Positions 50,469 through 61,765 of a stretch of 64,000 nt of DNA are shown piece after piece. The notes beneath the pieces were generated by a model. The model searched no databases. It saw nothing but the letters and a program-made list of their open reading frames with translations, and was not told where the DNA came from. This DNA is from Eledone cirrhosa (Eukaryota). The stretch lies in assembly GCA_964016885.1 (NCBI GenBank), contig OZ024742.1, forward strand, positions 94,178,001 through 94,242,000, read 5' to 3'. The translations under genes were made by a program, and so were the position numbers. Numbering within the stretch: position 1 is the first letter of the stretch; each line of letters begins with the position of its first letter.

Positions 50469-52434
50469 TCATCCTTCAGGATGAAAAGCAAAGTTAACTT
50501 CAGGAGGATTTGAATTCAGATTGCAGAAAGTCAGAAAAAATATCAACATTTAATCTGACACTAACAATTCTATCAATTTGCTGCCATATTTCTAAGCTCT
50601 GCAGAATAAAGTTCTTATCCATTAGAGTTCTACCACCTGTAGATAAAAACATTATTACACTCAGTTTAACAGTGAAGGTTTCTATTAGTTTGATGTGGAT
50701 AAGGCACTTCATAATGATTGGAATGTTATGTAGATGTAAATACTGAAAAGTCTTTCATCTCTTAACTTTTAATACCAGTAATAAATTAGCAGAAAATATC
50801 TATAAACAAGCTTGTTATTTCAAATGTGAAAATTCTGAAAATCTGCAATCCACTAAAGTAAAGACTAAGTTTTAATGTGGTACAGTCCTAGTGCTGCTTT
50901 ATACTTTTCAAAAATCTCATGCTGATGTGGTTTCATGTGGTACAGAACATTAAGAGTTAATTGTTAACATCCTGTACTGATGTAGCAGCACATGTCTAAA
51001 AGCTGATTTGTTACTGTTTAACCCATGCTAGCGTGGAAGATAGACGTTAAACGAAGACGATGATGATGATGAAATCTTTATATTTTGTTGTGAAAATTGC
51101 AGTATATTAAAGTGAAGACTAATTTTTAATGTGATGCACTCATAGTGCTGTTTTGTACTTTTCAGAAATGTCTTGCTATTAGTTTTATGAAGTACAGGAT
51201 GTTAAGATTTAAGATGAGATTAAAAATTTGGAATATCATAATCCTATTTACAACAATCTGATCTTAGATATTTAGACAAGTAGAATTGTATCAGAACTCC
51301 TACAAAAGGATCTAAAACATTAATAACATAGAATGTTGGTGTCTATTTGATAGATGTAGACAGAGAATGGTTTAATGTTTAATAATGTCCCAGGTTCAAT
51401 CCCACTTCATGGTATCTTGGGCAGGTTTTATTCACCAAAGCTTTGGAAAAATCTAAGTGTTGTGAGTGAACTTTAATAGAGAGAAACTGTTTGGAAGTCT
51501 ATTAGACGGATTGTACTTGTAATTCAAAGGAGTAGCCTTGTAACTCACCGTGTCGCTGAATTTCACTGAGAATTACATTAAGGGTACACATGTCTTTAGG
51601 ACACATACTAACTTATAAGTCAATTTCATGTGCAGTTTGTTTGATTGATAAAAAAACTGAAACAGTCATCATGGAAATCGATGTAGGTCCATTCTGACTG
51701 ACATATTTGAAAAAGGCACTGGATGAAAAACTCTATTGGAAATATGAACAGTGATGTTGGATCAGAATATCTGGCAGGAATAAGTTTCTTTGATTCCATT
51801 GAAAAATCATGTGAGATAAGATGACATGATTGACGTAACAACTTCTCTTTATGTTACAGAAGTTAAGATAAAAAATACTCAAACAACATCGACTGGAGGG
51901 GTACTCAACAACAGTAAAACTACCCCCCGAAAAACAATAACAACTACAACATTAACCACAATCAAACAATAATAAACAATCACGGCTATAAAATCTATCA
52001 TGTAGTTAATCCAGATAACCAGTCCGGGGATAACTTCCTTCTTTCTTTCCTTCCTTCCACCACCCTCTAAGGCCTCTGAAAGTGATAAAAACTTGCACAC
52101 ACACACACACCACTATATATATATATTGTTTTTACATCTGATTTTCCATGATTGCAATATATATGCATGTATGTATATATTCATAGTTTGTGGTACAGGG
52201 ACTGGGAAGACCACAGATCGAAGAAGTCCTCAATACATGGTAAGATGCACATATATATATATGCATATATACATATATAGTTTCGTTGACAAATATATCA
52301 ATGTGCCCAGACACGCAGATATATTGCCCTTAGTATGACTGTGGTTTTAGCTCAATATAGGATAACTAGTACACTACAGAGCCGTTATAATTTTAGGAAT
52401 AACCAAAGAATGCTTAGAAATACATTGTTTTATT

Positions 52435-52481
52435 AGCTAACAGTGTTTCATCCATACCCTATGGCAGGAATCATCAGAGCC
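52435..52481 (-). ncRNA. Minimal type I hammerhead ribozyme motif, Penelope pLTR-like
   Basis: Minus strand GGCU-CUGAUGA-U-UCCUGCC(AUAG)GGUAUGGA-U-GAAAC-ACU-GUU-AGCU, immediately followed by AAUAAA. Confidence 0.65.
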
Positions 52482-53035
52482 TATAAACAAGTGTATATCA
52501 ATAGTTGCATGCTCCATGAAGCTGCCTCACCAGAACAAGGTTAAAGGACCAGCAGGGGGATCCCGAGGCCAGCGCTATATAGAAAAAGGCACAATACATG
52601 ACGCACATAATGTCATAAAAAATTACATCAAAAATTACATCAAAAATTTATCACATAAATGTTGCAATAGATGATAAGGAGGTTGGGAGAGGGTAGCAAG
52701 GAATGAGTGAATGTGTTACTAAGCATGATCAAAAACAATTTAAAAAAAACAAAACAAAAAAAAAAATCAAAGCAAAGCATAGATACATCAAAGCACAAGC
52801 AGTGCAAATACAGGGTGTACAGGCAGATTAAGAGAGCTTGCAAGCATGAGTCTGTGAGCAGACTATTCTTCTCACAGACTCATGCTTGCATATATATATA
52901 TATATATATGTGCATCTTACCATGTATTGAGGACTTCTTCAATTTGTGGTCTTCCCAGTCCCTGTACCACAAACTATGAATATATACATACACACATATA
53001 TGCATAAACTATGAATATATACATACATACATATA

Positions 53036-53113
<78 letters not shown>

Positions 53114-53477
53114 TATATGTGTGGATGTATATATTCATAGTTTGTGGTACAGGGACTGGGAAGTCCACAAATTGAATATATATATTTATATATATAAATG
53201 GAATAGAATGAAACGAAATTTCATTTCTCACTCTTCGTACAGCACTTACTTAAATGTAAGTATGTATGTATGTACACGTACATACATATATGTATACAGA
53301 CGTACAGTGGTATGTATATATATACATACATGCACACATATATATATGCACGTATCGGTTTACCGAACATTTATTATAATGCTCGGTTTGTTTGTTTATA
53401 AACTATCAAACAGCCCGAATTACGCCATACAGTGTTTAGGCAACCACGTCACCTTTTTGTTCAACACTGACACAAGA

Positions 53478-53520
53478 ACGATGTACTAGTTTCAAGCTTA
53501 TTACCTATCGTCAGCATCGT
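53478..53520 (-). ncRNA. Type I hammerhead ribozyme, copy A
   Basis: ACGAUG-CUGACGA-UAGGUAAUAAGCUU-GAAAC-UA-GUA-CAUCGU; perfect 6-bp stem I, one mismatch in stem II. Confidence 0.75.
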
Positions 53521-53647
53521 ATACCTTCCAGCCAGATGGTTGAACATCTGAAAGTATATACTTTCCTTATGCATATTAACGGTTGAGCAGCCTAATTTGC
53601 ATATCGAGTGATTATAATAAACAAACCGAGCATTATAATAAATGTTC

Positions 53648-53834
53648 AGGGCGGTGGATTGGCAGTATAGGTAGAGGGTCGGACGCCATGCTTTCCAGCA
53701 TAGTTCTGTCCCTTTACGACCTGAGTTCAAATCCCGCCGAGGTTGACTTTGCCTTTCATCCTTACGGGGTCGATAAAATAAAGTACCAGTAATGCACTGG
53801 GTAACTAGCTGGCCTTGTGCCTAAAGTAGAAACA
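53648..53834 (+). mobile_element. SINE-A inserted into the retrozyme-like unit, 16-bp TSD
   Basis: ATTATAATAAATGTTC at 53632-53647 and 53835-53850; empty sites at ~54283-54310 and, reversed, ~53355-53380. Confidence 0.92.
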
Positions 53835-54142
53835 ATTATAATAAATGTTCGGTAAACCGATACGTGCATATATATATATGTGTGCATGTATGTATATATA
53901 TACATACTACTGTACATCTGTATACATATATGTATGTACGTATACATACATACATACTTACACTTAAGTAAGTGCCGTACCAAGCGTGAGAAATGAAATT
54001 TCGTTTCATTCTATTCCATTTATCGTTTTCGGTGTGACCGGCCGACTGAACTCACTCGATATGCAAATTAGGCTGCTCAGCCGTTAATATGCATAACAAA
54101 AGTGTATACTTTCAGACGTTCAACCATCTTGCAGGTAGGTAT

Positions 54143-54185
54143 ACGATGCTGACGATAGCTAATAGGCTTCAAACTAGTACATCGT
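54143..54185 (+). ncRNA. Type I hammerhead ribozyme, copy B (core GAAA changed to CAAA, probably inactive)
   Basis: ACGAUG-CUGACGA-U-AGC(UAAUAG)GCU-U-CAAAC-UA-GUA-CAUCGU. Confidence 0.7.
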
Positions 54186-54401
54186 TCCTGTGTCAGTGTT
54201 GAACAAAAAGGTGACGTTGTTGCCTAAACATTGTACGGCGTAATTAGGGCTGTTTGTTAGTTTACAAACAAACAAATCGAGCTTTATAATAAATGTTCGG
54301 TAAACCGATAGTGCATATATATATGTGTGCATGTATGTATATATATACATACTACTGCACGTCTGTATACATATATGTATGTACGTATACATACATACAT
54401 A

Positions 54402-54469
<68 letters not shown>

Positions 54470-54471
<2 letters not shown>

Positions 54472-54722
54472 AGATATTAACAAATGGAAACTATATTTAT
54501 AAAACCATATTTATTTCATTATACATATTTCAAGGGCCACCAAAGCAATCTATGGTGCGCTTTCATGAGATAAAATATAATAGAGGTTAGTTTTATAAAT
54601 AAATAATGACATACCCTGAAAAAATGCAACCATTCTGGTTGGAATCTCCTGGTGGCCCTTGAAATATGTATAATGAAATAAATATGGTTTTATAAATATA
54701 GTTTCCATTTGTTAATATATTG
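54470..54722. mobile_element. 253-bp fold-back/MITE-like element with 73-bp inverted arms, copy 1
   Basis: 54470-54542 and 54650-54722 are reverse complements with one mismatch; TA flanks. Confidence 0.85.
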
Positions 54723-54810
54723 TATATTTACTCCAATAATTTGTTGAGTGCTTTATATCAATTATGAAAATATTTTGGTTGTTGTATCCCAACAAATTAA
54801 ATATAACCTC

Positions 54811-54883
<73 letters not shown>

Positions 54884-54885
<2 letters not shown>

Positions 54886-55498
54886 TGGCTGTGCCAACCC
54901 GTTTTCGAGTACGGCCACTACTTTATATCCATGTAGGAGAACCCGTACCGATGGGCTGAATGAGTGTGACTTTTTAGTCCAGCCAGCGACTTGAAAACTC
55001 TGGTACAAACACTACATTTGTGACAATTATTGACACATAGTGCTGGGCCCATGGTACCATGTGACGACAAATGCAGAGAGATCTCCAGATATGAAGCAAT
55101 GCTTGTGCCGTGAAGCTTTTATAGTGAGCAAAGGCACTGCACAAAGCCAGTCCCACTCACTTAACCAAGATGATATTTACCAAAAAGAAGAACAAGTCAA
55201 CATCATTGGATTCCATCAGGGTTGCAGGTGTTATATCAGAGTTTTCCTTCTCCTAGAATTCTGCCTTGATAAAGGCTAAGGGGTCATCTCTCCCGGTGAT
55301 TTTGGATGGCCATTGACGCTTAAGAGCTCCTTTGCCCTTTGACAGGTTTTGTTTTTAGTTCTGCAGGATGTCCAAAGTCACCCTCCTCACCAAGAAACCT
55401 TGGTGGGGTTGCCAGTTTAGTCACCAACGACCCGACCATGAGACAATTTGTACTGTTACCAGTACATGTTACCAGTAGCACCAACCGGTGACCTGACA
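54884..55498 (-). mobile_element. GC-richer insert between (TA)n runs, probable RTE-type 5'-UTR fragment
   Basis: Minus strand contains CTAGGAGAAGGAAAACTCTGA, which I recall from RTE 5' regions; no ORF support. Confidence 0.35.
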
Positions 55499-55572
55499 TA
55501 ATATGTATGTATGTATGTATATATATATATATATATATATATACATACATACATATATACATACATACATAC

Positions 55573-55660
<88 letters not shown>

Positions 55661-56303
55661 ATAATAATAAAATTGAAGACTAAAATCTAAAGAGGGCTCG
55701 ATAAGGAAAATATATATCAAATATATAAAAACCGTAGAGCAAATATTTATTAAAATAACAGATTAAAGTTTAAGCAAAGAATCGCTGCTTTCACCCTTAA
55801 CGGGATCTTCTGAAACTAACAAAGTCAATCTGTAAACGCAGAATTGGATATTTCAAAAAACGTTGCAACCGGAGGAAGACAGGAAGACGATACTTTGGTT
55901 CGCGGAAAGGTTCTCTGGCAAAGAACGGGAAAAAAACGAATATACGTCATTAATAGGAGTGGTGAAAAATAATTAGGCGCAAAGACAGAACCACGTTTAT
56001 GGTATAAAAGAGGTCGTAGACTAATGTTCTCTTAGGTGGTGCATAGAGACGTTCTCTGGCAATGAACGAAAAAACGAAGATAATAAGTCATATGTTGAAC
56101 GTGGAGAACAATAGCACGCAAAGACAAAACCACGTAAATGGTATAGCAGAAGTCGTAGACTAAAATTCTAACTAGGAGACCAAATGAATCTCCGCTACAG
56201 AGTTAAGAACAAAGTAAATAAATACAATACAGAAGTAATAGAAACAAATAAATACATACACGCAAACAGATACGTACATACACAAGCATACGCAAAACCT
56301 TAC

Positions 56304-56556
56304 CAATATATTAACAAATGGAAACTATATTTATAAAACCATATTTATTTCATTATACATATTTCAAGGGCCAGCAAGGCAATCTATGGTGCGCTTTCAT
56401 CAGATAAAATATAATAGAGGTTAGTTTTATAAATACATACTGACATACCCTGAAAAAATGCAACCATTCTGGTTGGAATCTCCTGGTGGCCCTTGAAATA
56501 TGTATAATGAAATAAATATGGTTTTATAAATATAGTTTCCATTTGTTAATATCTTG
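56304..56556. mobile_element. 253-bp fold-back/MITE-like element, copy 2, same orientation as copy 1
   Basis: Near-identical to 54470-54722. Confidence 0.85.
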
Positions 56557-56590
<34 letters not shown>

Positions 56591-56591
56591 T

Positions 56592-56895
56592 GGAGGCACA
56601 TGGCTTAGTGGTTAGAGCATTGGCCTTGCAATCGAAAGGTTGTGAGTTCAATTCTCAGATCGGGTGATGTGTTGTTTCCTTGAGCAAGACACTTTATTTC
56701 AGATTGATCCAGTTTACTCAGCTGTAGAAATGAGATGATAAGTGGTCGTGGAGGTGCCACGGCAAAATGCACCCAGCACTCACTGTAAATGAGGTGTGTG
56801 TTAGGAAGGGTATCCAGCTCTAGAAATCAAGCCAGAATCAGTTCCCGTCCCACCCTTGCAAGCATGGAAAAGCTGATGTAAAATGATGATGATGA
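56592..56895 (+). mobile_element. SINE-B full-length copy in (TA)n
   Basis: A box TGGCTTAGTGG, B box GAGTTCAATTC, CORE-like CCTTGAGCAAGACACTT, (TGA)n tail. Confidence 0.85.
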
Positions 56896-57369
56896 TATAT
56901 ATATATGTACATATATATATGTATATGTATATATGTATATATATATATATATATATTGGTACGGTTACGCGATGCGCATGAAAGACGACAGCTGTATAAA
57001 AAAGTGCAGGTATATAAATAAGTGCAGCTGTATAAAAAAGTGCGATAAAAATAGACGGTAGCCACGGAGAAAAACCTGGGACAACTTGCTAAATTCCGAC
57101 CTCACACACTTACACCTCTCCAAGACAATGTCACTGGACATACACAGTAATACACAGTAATACAGAAGTAATACAGAATGCCTAAGTACAATGCCTGGCG
57201 ATACACAGTAATACAGAAGTAATACAGAATGCCTAAGTACAAAACGAAACTTACAATCAGTAGGCACTTCTAACAAAAATACACCTCTGCCCCACTACCC
57301 CCACCCTATCCACACCACCTCTTCCAATGTAGAGTTATGTAAAAAAGTTATGTAAAAAATGAGGGCGAG

Positions 57370-57598
57370 TAGGTGTCACGACAAAAAAGCACACAGTCCA
57401 CGCTGTAATGTGGCCGTGTAGGTAACACGGTAAAAACCTCCCAGTCCACACTGTAAATGTGGTTGGTGTTAGGAAGGTCATCCAGCCATAGAAAACCCGC
57501 CAGACAGTCCTGAGCAAGACAACCAATCTTGCCTCAAGTGGGACAATTCCCGTCTAGACCCATACTAGCGTGGGAGATGGACGTTAAACGATGATGAC
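57370..57598 (+). mobile_element. SINE-B 3' portion
   Basis: Internal units, then GTTAGGAAGGTCATCCAGCC...CTAGCGTGGGAGATGGACGTTAAACGATGATGA. Confidence 0.7.
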
Positions 57599-57878
57599 AT
57601 ACATACATACATATATACATACATATACATATACACATATATATAGATATACGGAAAAAATGAAACAAAATTTCATTTCCCACTCTTAGTATGGCTGTTA
57701 CTTAAATATAAGTATGTATACGTACATACATATATGTATACATACGTACAGTAGTATGTATATATATATACATACATGCACACATATATATATGTACGTA
57801 TGGATTCACCAAACATTTATTATAATGCCACAGTGTCTAGCAACCACCGTTGCTCGTTTGTTCAACACTGACAATGGA

Positions 57879-57921
57879 ACGCTCTACTAGTTTCAAGCTT
57901 GTTAGCTATCGTCAGCAACGT
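57879..57921 (-). ncRNA. Type I hammerhead ribozyme, copy C
   Basis: ACGUUG-CUGACGA-U-AGC(UAACAA)GCU-U-GAAAC-UA-GUA-GAGCGU; G.G mismatch next to the cleavage site. Confidence 0.7.
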
Positions 57922-58313
57922 ATACCTTCCTGCCAGATTGTTGAACGTCCGAAAGTATATACTTTCGTTATGCATATTAACGGCTGAGTAGCCCAATTTG
58001 CGTATCGAGTGGGTTAATCGGCCGGGTGCACCGAAAACGATAAACGGAAAAAATGAAACGAAATTTCCTTTCCCACTCTTAGTACGGCTGTTACTTAAAT
58101 ATAAGTATGTATACGTACATACATATATGTATACAGATGTACAGTATGTATACAGTCTGTATACATATATGTATGTACGTATACATACTTATATTTAATT
58201 TCGGTGCACCTGGACGATTAACCCACTCGATATACAAATTGGGTTACTCAGCCGTTAATATGCATAAGGAAAGTATATGCTTTCGGACGTTCAACAATCT
58301 GGCAGGAAGGTAT

Positions 58314-58356
58314 ACGTTGCTGACGATTGCTAACAAGCTTGAAACTAGTACAGCGT
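58314..58356 (+). ncRNA. Type I hammerhead ribozyme, copy D
   Basis: ACGUUG-CUGACGA-UUGC(UAACAA)GCUU-GAAAC-UA-GUA-CAGCGU; stem I extends through GGA/UCC, CUGGCA/UGUCAG and GUUCAACA/UGUUGAAC. Confidence 0.75.
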
Positions 58357-58862
58357 TCCTTTGTCAGTGTTGAACAAACCAGCAACGGTGGTTGCTAGAC
58401 ACTGCGTATGTTTGTTTACAAACACACCGAGCATTATAATAAATGTATGGTTAATCCAAATGTACATATATATATGTGTGCATGTATGTATATATATATA
58501 TATACATACTACTGTACGTCTGTATACATATATGTATGTACGTATACATATATATATATATGTATATACATATATATATACATATATTGAAAATTGCAAA
58601 CTTGACTGTCACCACATATTATGAACCTGAAGAGTGCGAAAGCATGAAAGTACTAGTTCAATTAACACTTAGAATTTAATATTCTATCATACTATTTCAT
58701 TATAATACCATTATAAATTTTAAAGGATTGTAAATAAAACGGTAAATCAGACAAAGTTGGAATTCCTCTTATTAATATAATCTTCTATACACAATCATAC
58801 ACACCCGTGTATATTTATCTATCTATATATATATATATATATACATATATATACATATATAT

Positions 58863-58921
<59 letters not shown>

Positions 58922-58970
58922 TACATATATAGATATATATATACATATATATATATATATACACATATAT

Positions 58971-59014
<44 letters not shown>

Positions 59015-59017
<3 letters not shown>

Positions 59018-59130
59018 GGTGAGTGGTGAGAGAATTGGATTCACAATCTTGAGGTTGTGAGCTCGATTCCTGGACTGGGCGATGCGTTGATATCTTTGAG
59101 CAAGACACTTTATTTCACGTTGCTCCTTCT
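59015..59130 (+). mobile_element. SINE-B-like 5' fragment
   Basis: tRNA-like head and TTGAGCAAGACACTTTATTTCAC. Confidence 0.6.
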
Positions 59131-59242
59131 ACCTGGACTTGCGACCAATAGATAGTATTAGCAACTGGAATGTCCGACGGAAACATTGTTTTCTCAGTCC
59201 GATTTGTCGAAAAGTCGATCGATCCTTTTATATATATATATA

Positions 59243-59316
59243 TAATTTTAGGAATAATGAAAGAGTGCTTAGAAATACATTGATTTATTAGCTAACAGTG
59301 TTTCATCCATACCCTA
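59243..59316 (-). repeat. Truncated second copy of the 52387-52461 hammerhead/AATAAA segment
   Basis: ATAATTTTAGGAATAA..TGCTTAGAAATACATTG.TTTATTAGCTAACAGTGTTTCATCCATACCCTAT between TA runs. Confidence 0.8.
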
Positions 59317-59355
59317 TATATATACATATTGACTGTGTAAGTACTCAACAATAAT

Positions 59356-59570
59356 TGTTTCTTATATAGGCACAAGGCCAGCAATTTTGAGGGAGGGGAA
59401 AGTCAATATAATCGACCCCAGTGTGTGACTGGTACTTTATTTAATCGACCCTGTAAGGATAAAAGGCAAAGTTAACCTTGGCGGGATTTGAACTCAGATC
59501 ATAAAGGGCAATAACTCTATGCTGCAAAGCATGGTGTCCGACCCTCTATCGATACTGCCAATCTACCGCT
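59356..59570 (-). mobile_element. SINE-A (longer variant) with 17-bp TSD
   Basis: AAGTACTCAACAATAAT at 59339-59355 and 59574-59590. Confidence 0.9.
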
Positions 59571-60214
59571 TTAAAGTACTCAACAATAATAAAACAATAT
59601 ACCTATAAATTCTTCATCATCATTATCACCATCAGTAGCAATGATACTAACAATAATCACAGTTTAAAACCAACATTGTCATCATCATCATCGTCACCAT
59701 CAACAATAATAATAACAACAATCCCAGCTGAAAAGATCCATCCTTCCCACTCCACCCAGAAACTGAAAGAGTGAAAAAAATATATAATGCAAGGAAAAGA
59801 AACAGCGGAAACAAATCAAGGCAATCAAAGATAGCGAAGAACTTTAAAATAAACAAATAAATAAATAAATAAATAAATTTAAAATAAAAAATTAAAAAAA
59901 TAAGGAAAATATATTTTTTTAATAGTAAAATAAATTACAACAATAGCAGCAGCAGCAGCGACAAAATAAATGAAATAAACAGGTTTTGAAGACAATTTGT
60001 GGAAGCAATTTAGATTATTTAAAAGAATGATGATTGTAGGTGGGGTTGAATAGGTTGGGTGTGTGATGTGGGGGTGGGTGGGTGGGGTTAATCATGTGTA
60101 TATTATTATTATTATTATTGTTATTATCACCACATCTACTGTTTATTTCAATACAACAAGCTGTTTAATTCTCTCGGATTGCAGCAAAACTGAGAGAATT
60201 GAACTGAAATGGAA

Positions 60215-60255
60215 AGACAAACAACAATAACAACAATAACAACATCAACAGCAGC

Positions 60256-60310
<55 letters not shown>

Positions 60311-60459
60311 GCAGCAACAGCAGCAACAGCAGCAACAGCAACAATAATTTCAATAACAAAAGCAACAGAACCAAAAAATGAAATGGATAATTCAGCAGTT
60401 ACAATAATAAAAATATTGATGATGCTGATAATGTTGATGTTGATGATAATAATGATGAA

Positions 60460-60525
<66 letters not shown>

Positions 60526-60760
60526 AAACAGCACCAGCCCCATCGCTATCATCACAAATACAAGCACAATAAACAGCAGAATGTATTTAAAACAATATAA
60601 CACAGGTATATTATACATATGTGAGAATGAAGGCCTGGAAACAAAGGAAATTACAATGCAAACAACAACAGCTAGAGGAAGAAGAGCAATTACAAAAGCA
60701 GAAAAAACAACAATGGCAGTGACAACAACAACAACAACAACACAACAATGGCAACAACAG

Positions 60761-60796
<36 letters not shown>

Positions 60797-61085
60797 ACAT
60801 GACAACAACAACAACAACACCATCAACAATGGCAACGACAGAAACAACAATAACAACAACAACAACAAAAATGACAACAACAACAACAACAACAACAATG
60901 CCAGCAACAGAAGCAACAATAACAAAAACAACAACAACAATGGCAGCTACAGAAACAACAACAACAACAACAACAACAATGGCAGCAACAGCATCATCAA
61001 CAACAGCAAGAACAACAACAACAATGGCAGCAGCAGAAACAACAACAACAACAACAAGAACAACAACAATGGCAGCAGCAGAAAT

Positions 61086-61122
<37 letters not shown>

Positions 61123-61390
61123 GCAGCAGCAGAAACAACAACAACAGCAACAACAAGAACAACAACAATGGCAGCAGCAGAAACAACAACAATTGCAACA
61201 ACATCAACAATGACAGCAATAATGATAATAACAAGAATGGCGGTAACAACTGCAGCAGTAGCAACATCATTAACAACAATAACAGCAAATGTAGCAGCAT
61301 CAATAACAGCAACAACAACAATAGCAACAACAGAATCAACAACGACAACAACAACAACAACATCAGTAACAACAGTAACAGCAACAATGC
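60215..61390. repeat. Long interrupted (CAA)n/(GAT)n/(CAG)n simple-repeat region
   Basis: Triplet runs with recurring ATGGCAGCAGCAGAA interruptions. Confidence 0.9.
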
Positions 61391-61481
61391 CTACCATTGA
61401 TATAAACCAATTTATATAACAAAAGCGAATACCAATATTATTAACAACTGCTGCAGTAGTGTTGTTAAAGACACAATGAAA

Positions 61482-61539
<58 letters not shown>

Positions 61540-61540
61540 C

Positions 61541-61585
<45 letters not shown>

Positions 61586-61680
61586 GATACATATATATAT
61601 ATATATATATAAATATAAATTATAAATATAAACTCTTATACATAAATACACAAACACACATGCACATACACAAACACATA

Positions 61681-61765
<85 letters not shown>

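Larger units (their letters stand above)
53194..54404. mobile_element. Retrozyme-like ~448-bp unit, locus 1: one minus-strand unit, then ~1.4 plus-strand units, in (TA)n
   Basis: ATAAATGTTCGGTAAACCGATA recurs at 53841 and 54289; 53194-53610 is the reverse complement of the unit; inversion near 53610. Confidence 0.8.
57651..58550. mobile_element. Retrozyme-like unit, locus 2: ~1.25 minus-strand units (period 393), then an inverted plus-strand unit
   Basis: ACGGAAAAAATGAAAC at 57651 and 58044; inversion near 58145-58155; homologous to locus 1 but a distinct subfamily. Confidence 0.8.

Noticed and set aside
56592-56670. tRNA gene
   Set aside because: A and B boxes are present but continue into a SINE body and tail repeated elsewhere in the window; SINE-A heads were rejected the same way.
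57150-57245. Small tandem duplications (~51 bp here, 27 bp at ~25285, ~140 bp at ~55910-56165)
   Set aside because: Ordinary local duplications with no further structure.
60209-61592. Mucin-like Thr-rich and poly-Leu/Val ORFs
   Set aside because: Triplet repeats are open in several frames on both strands; no signal peptide or splice support. An exon cannot be excluded without RNA-seq.
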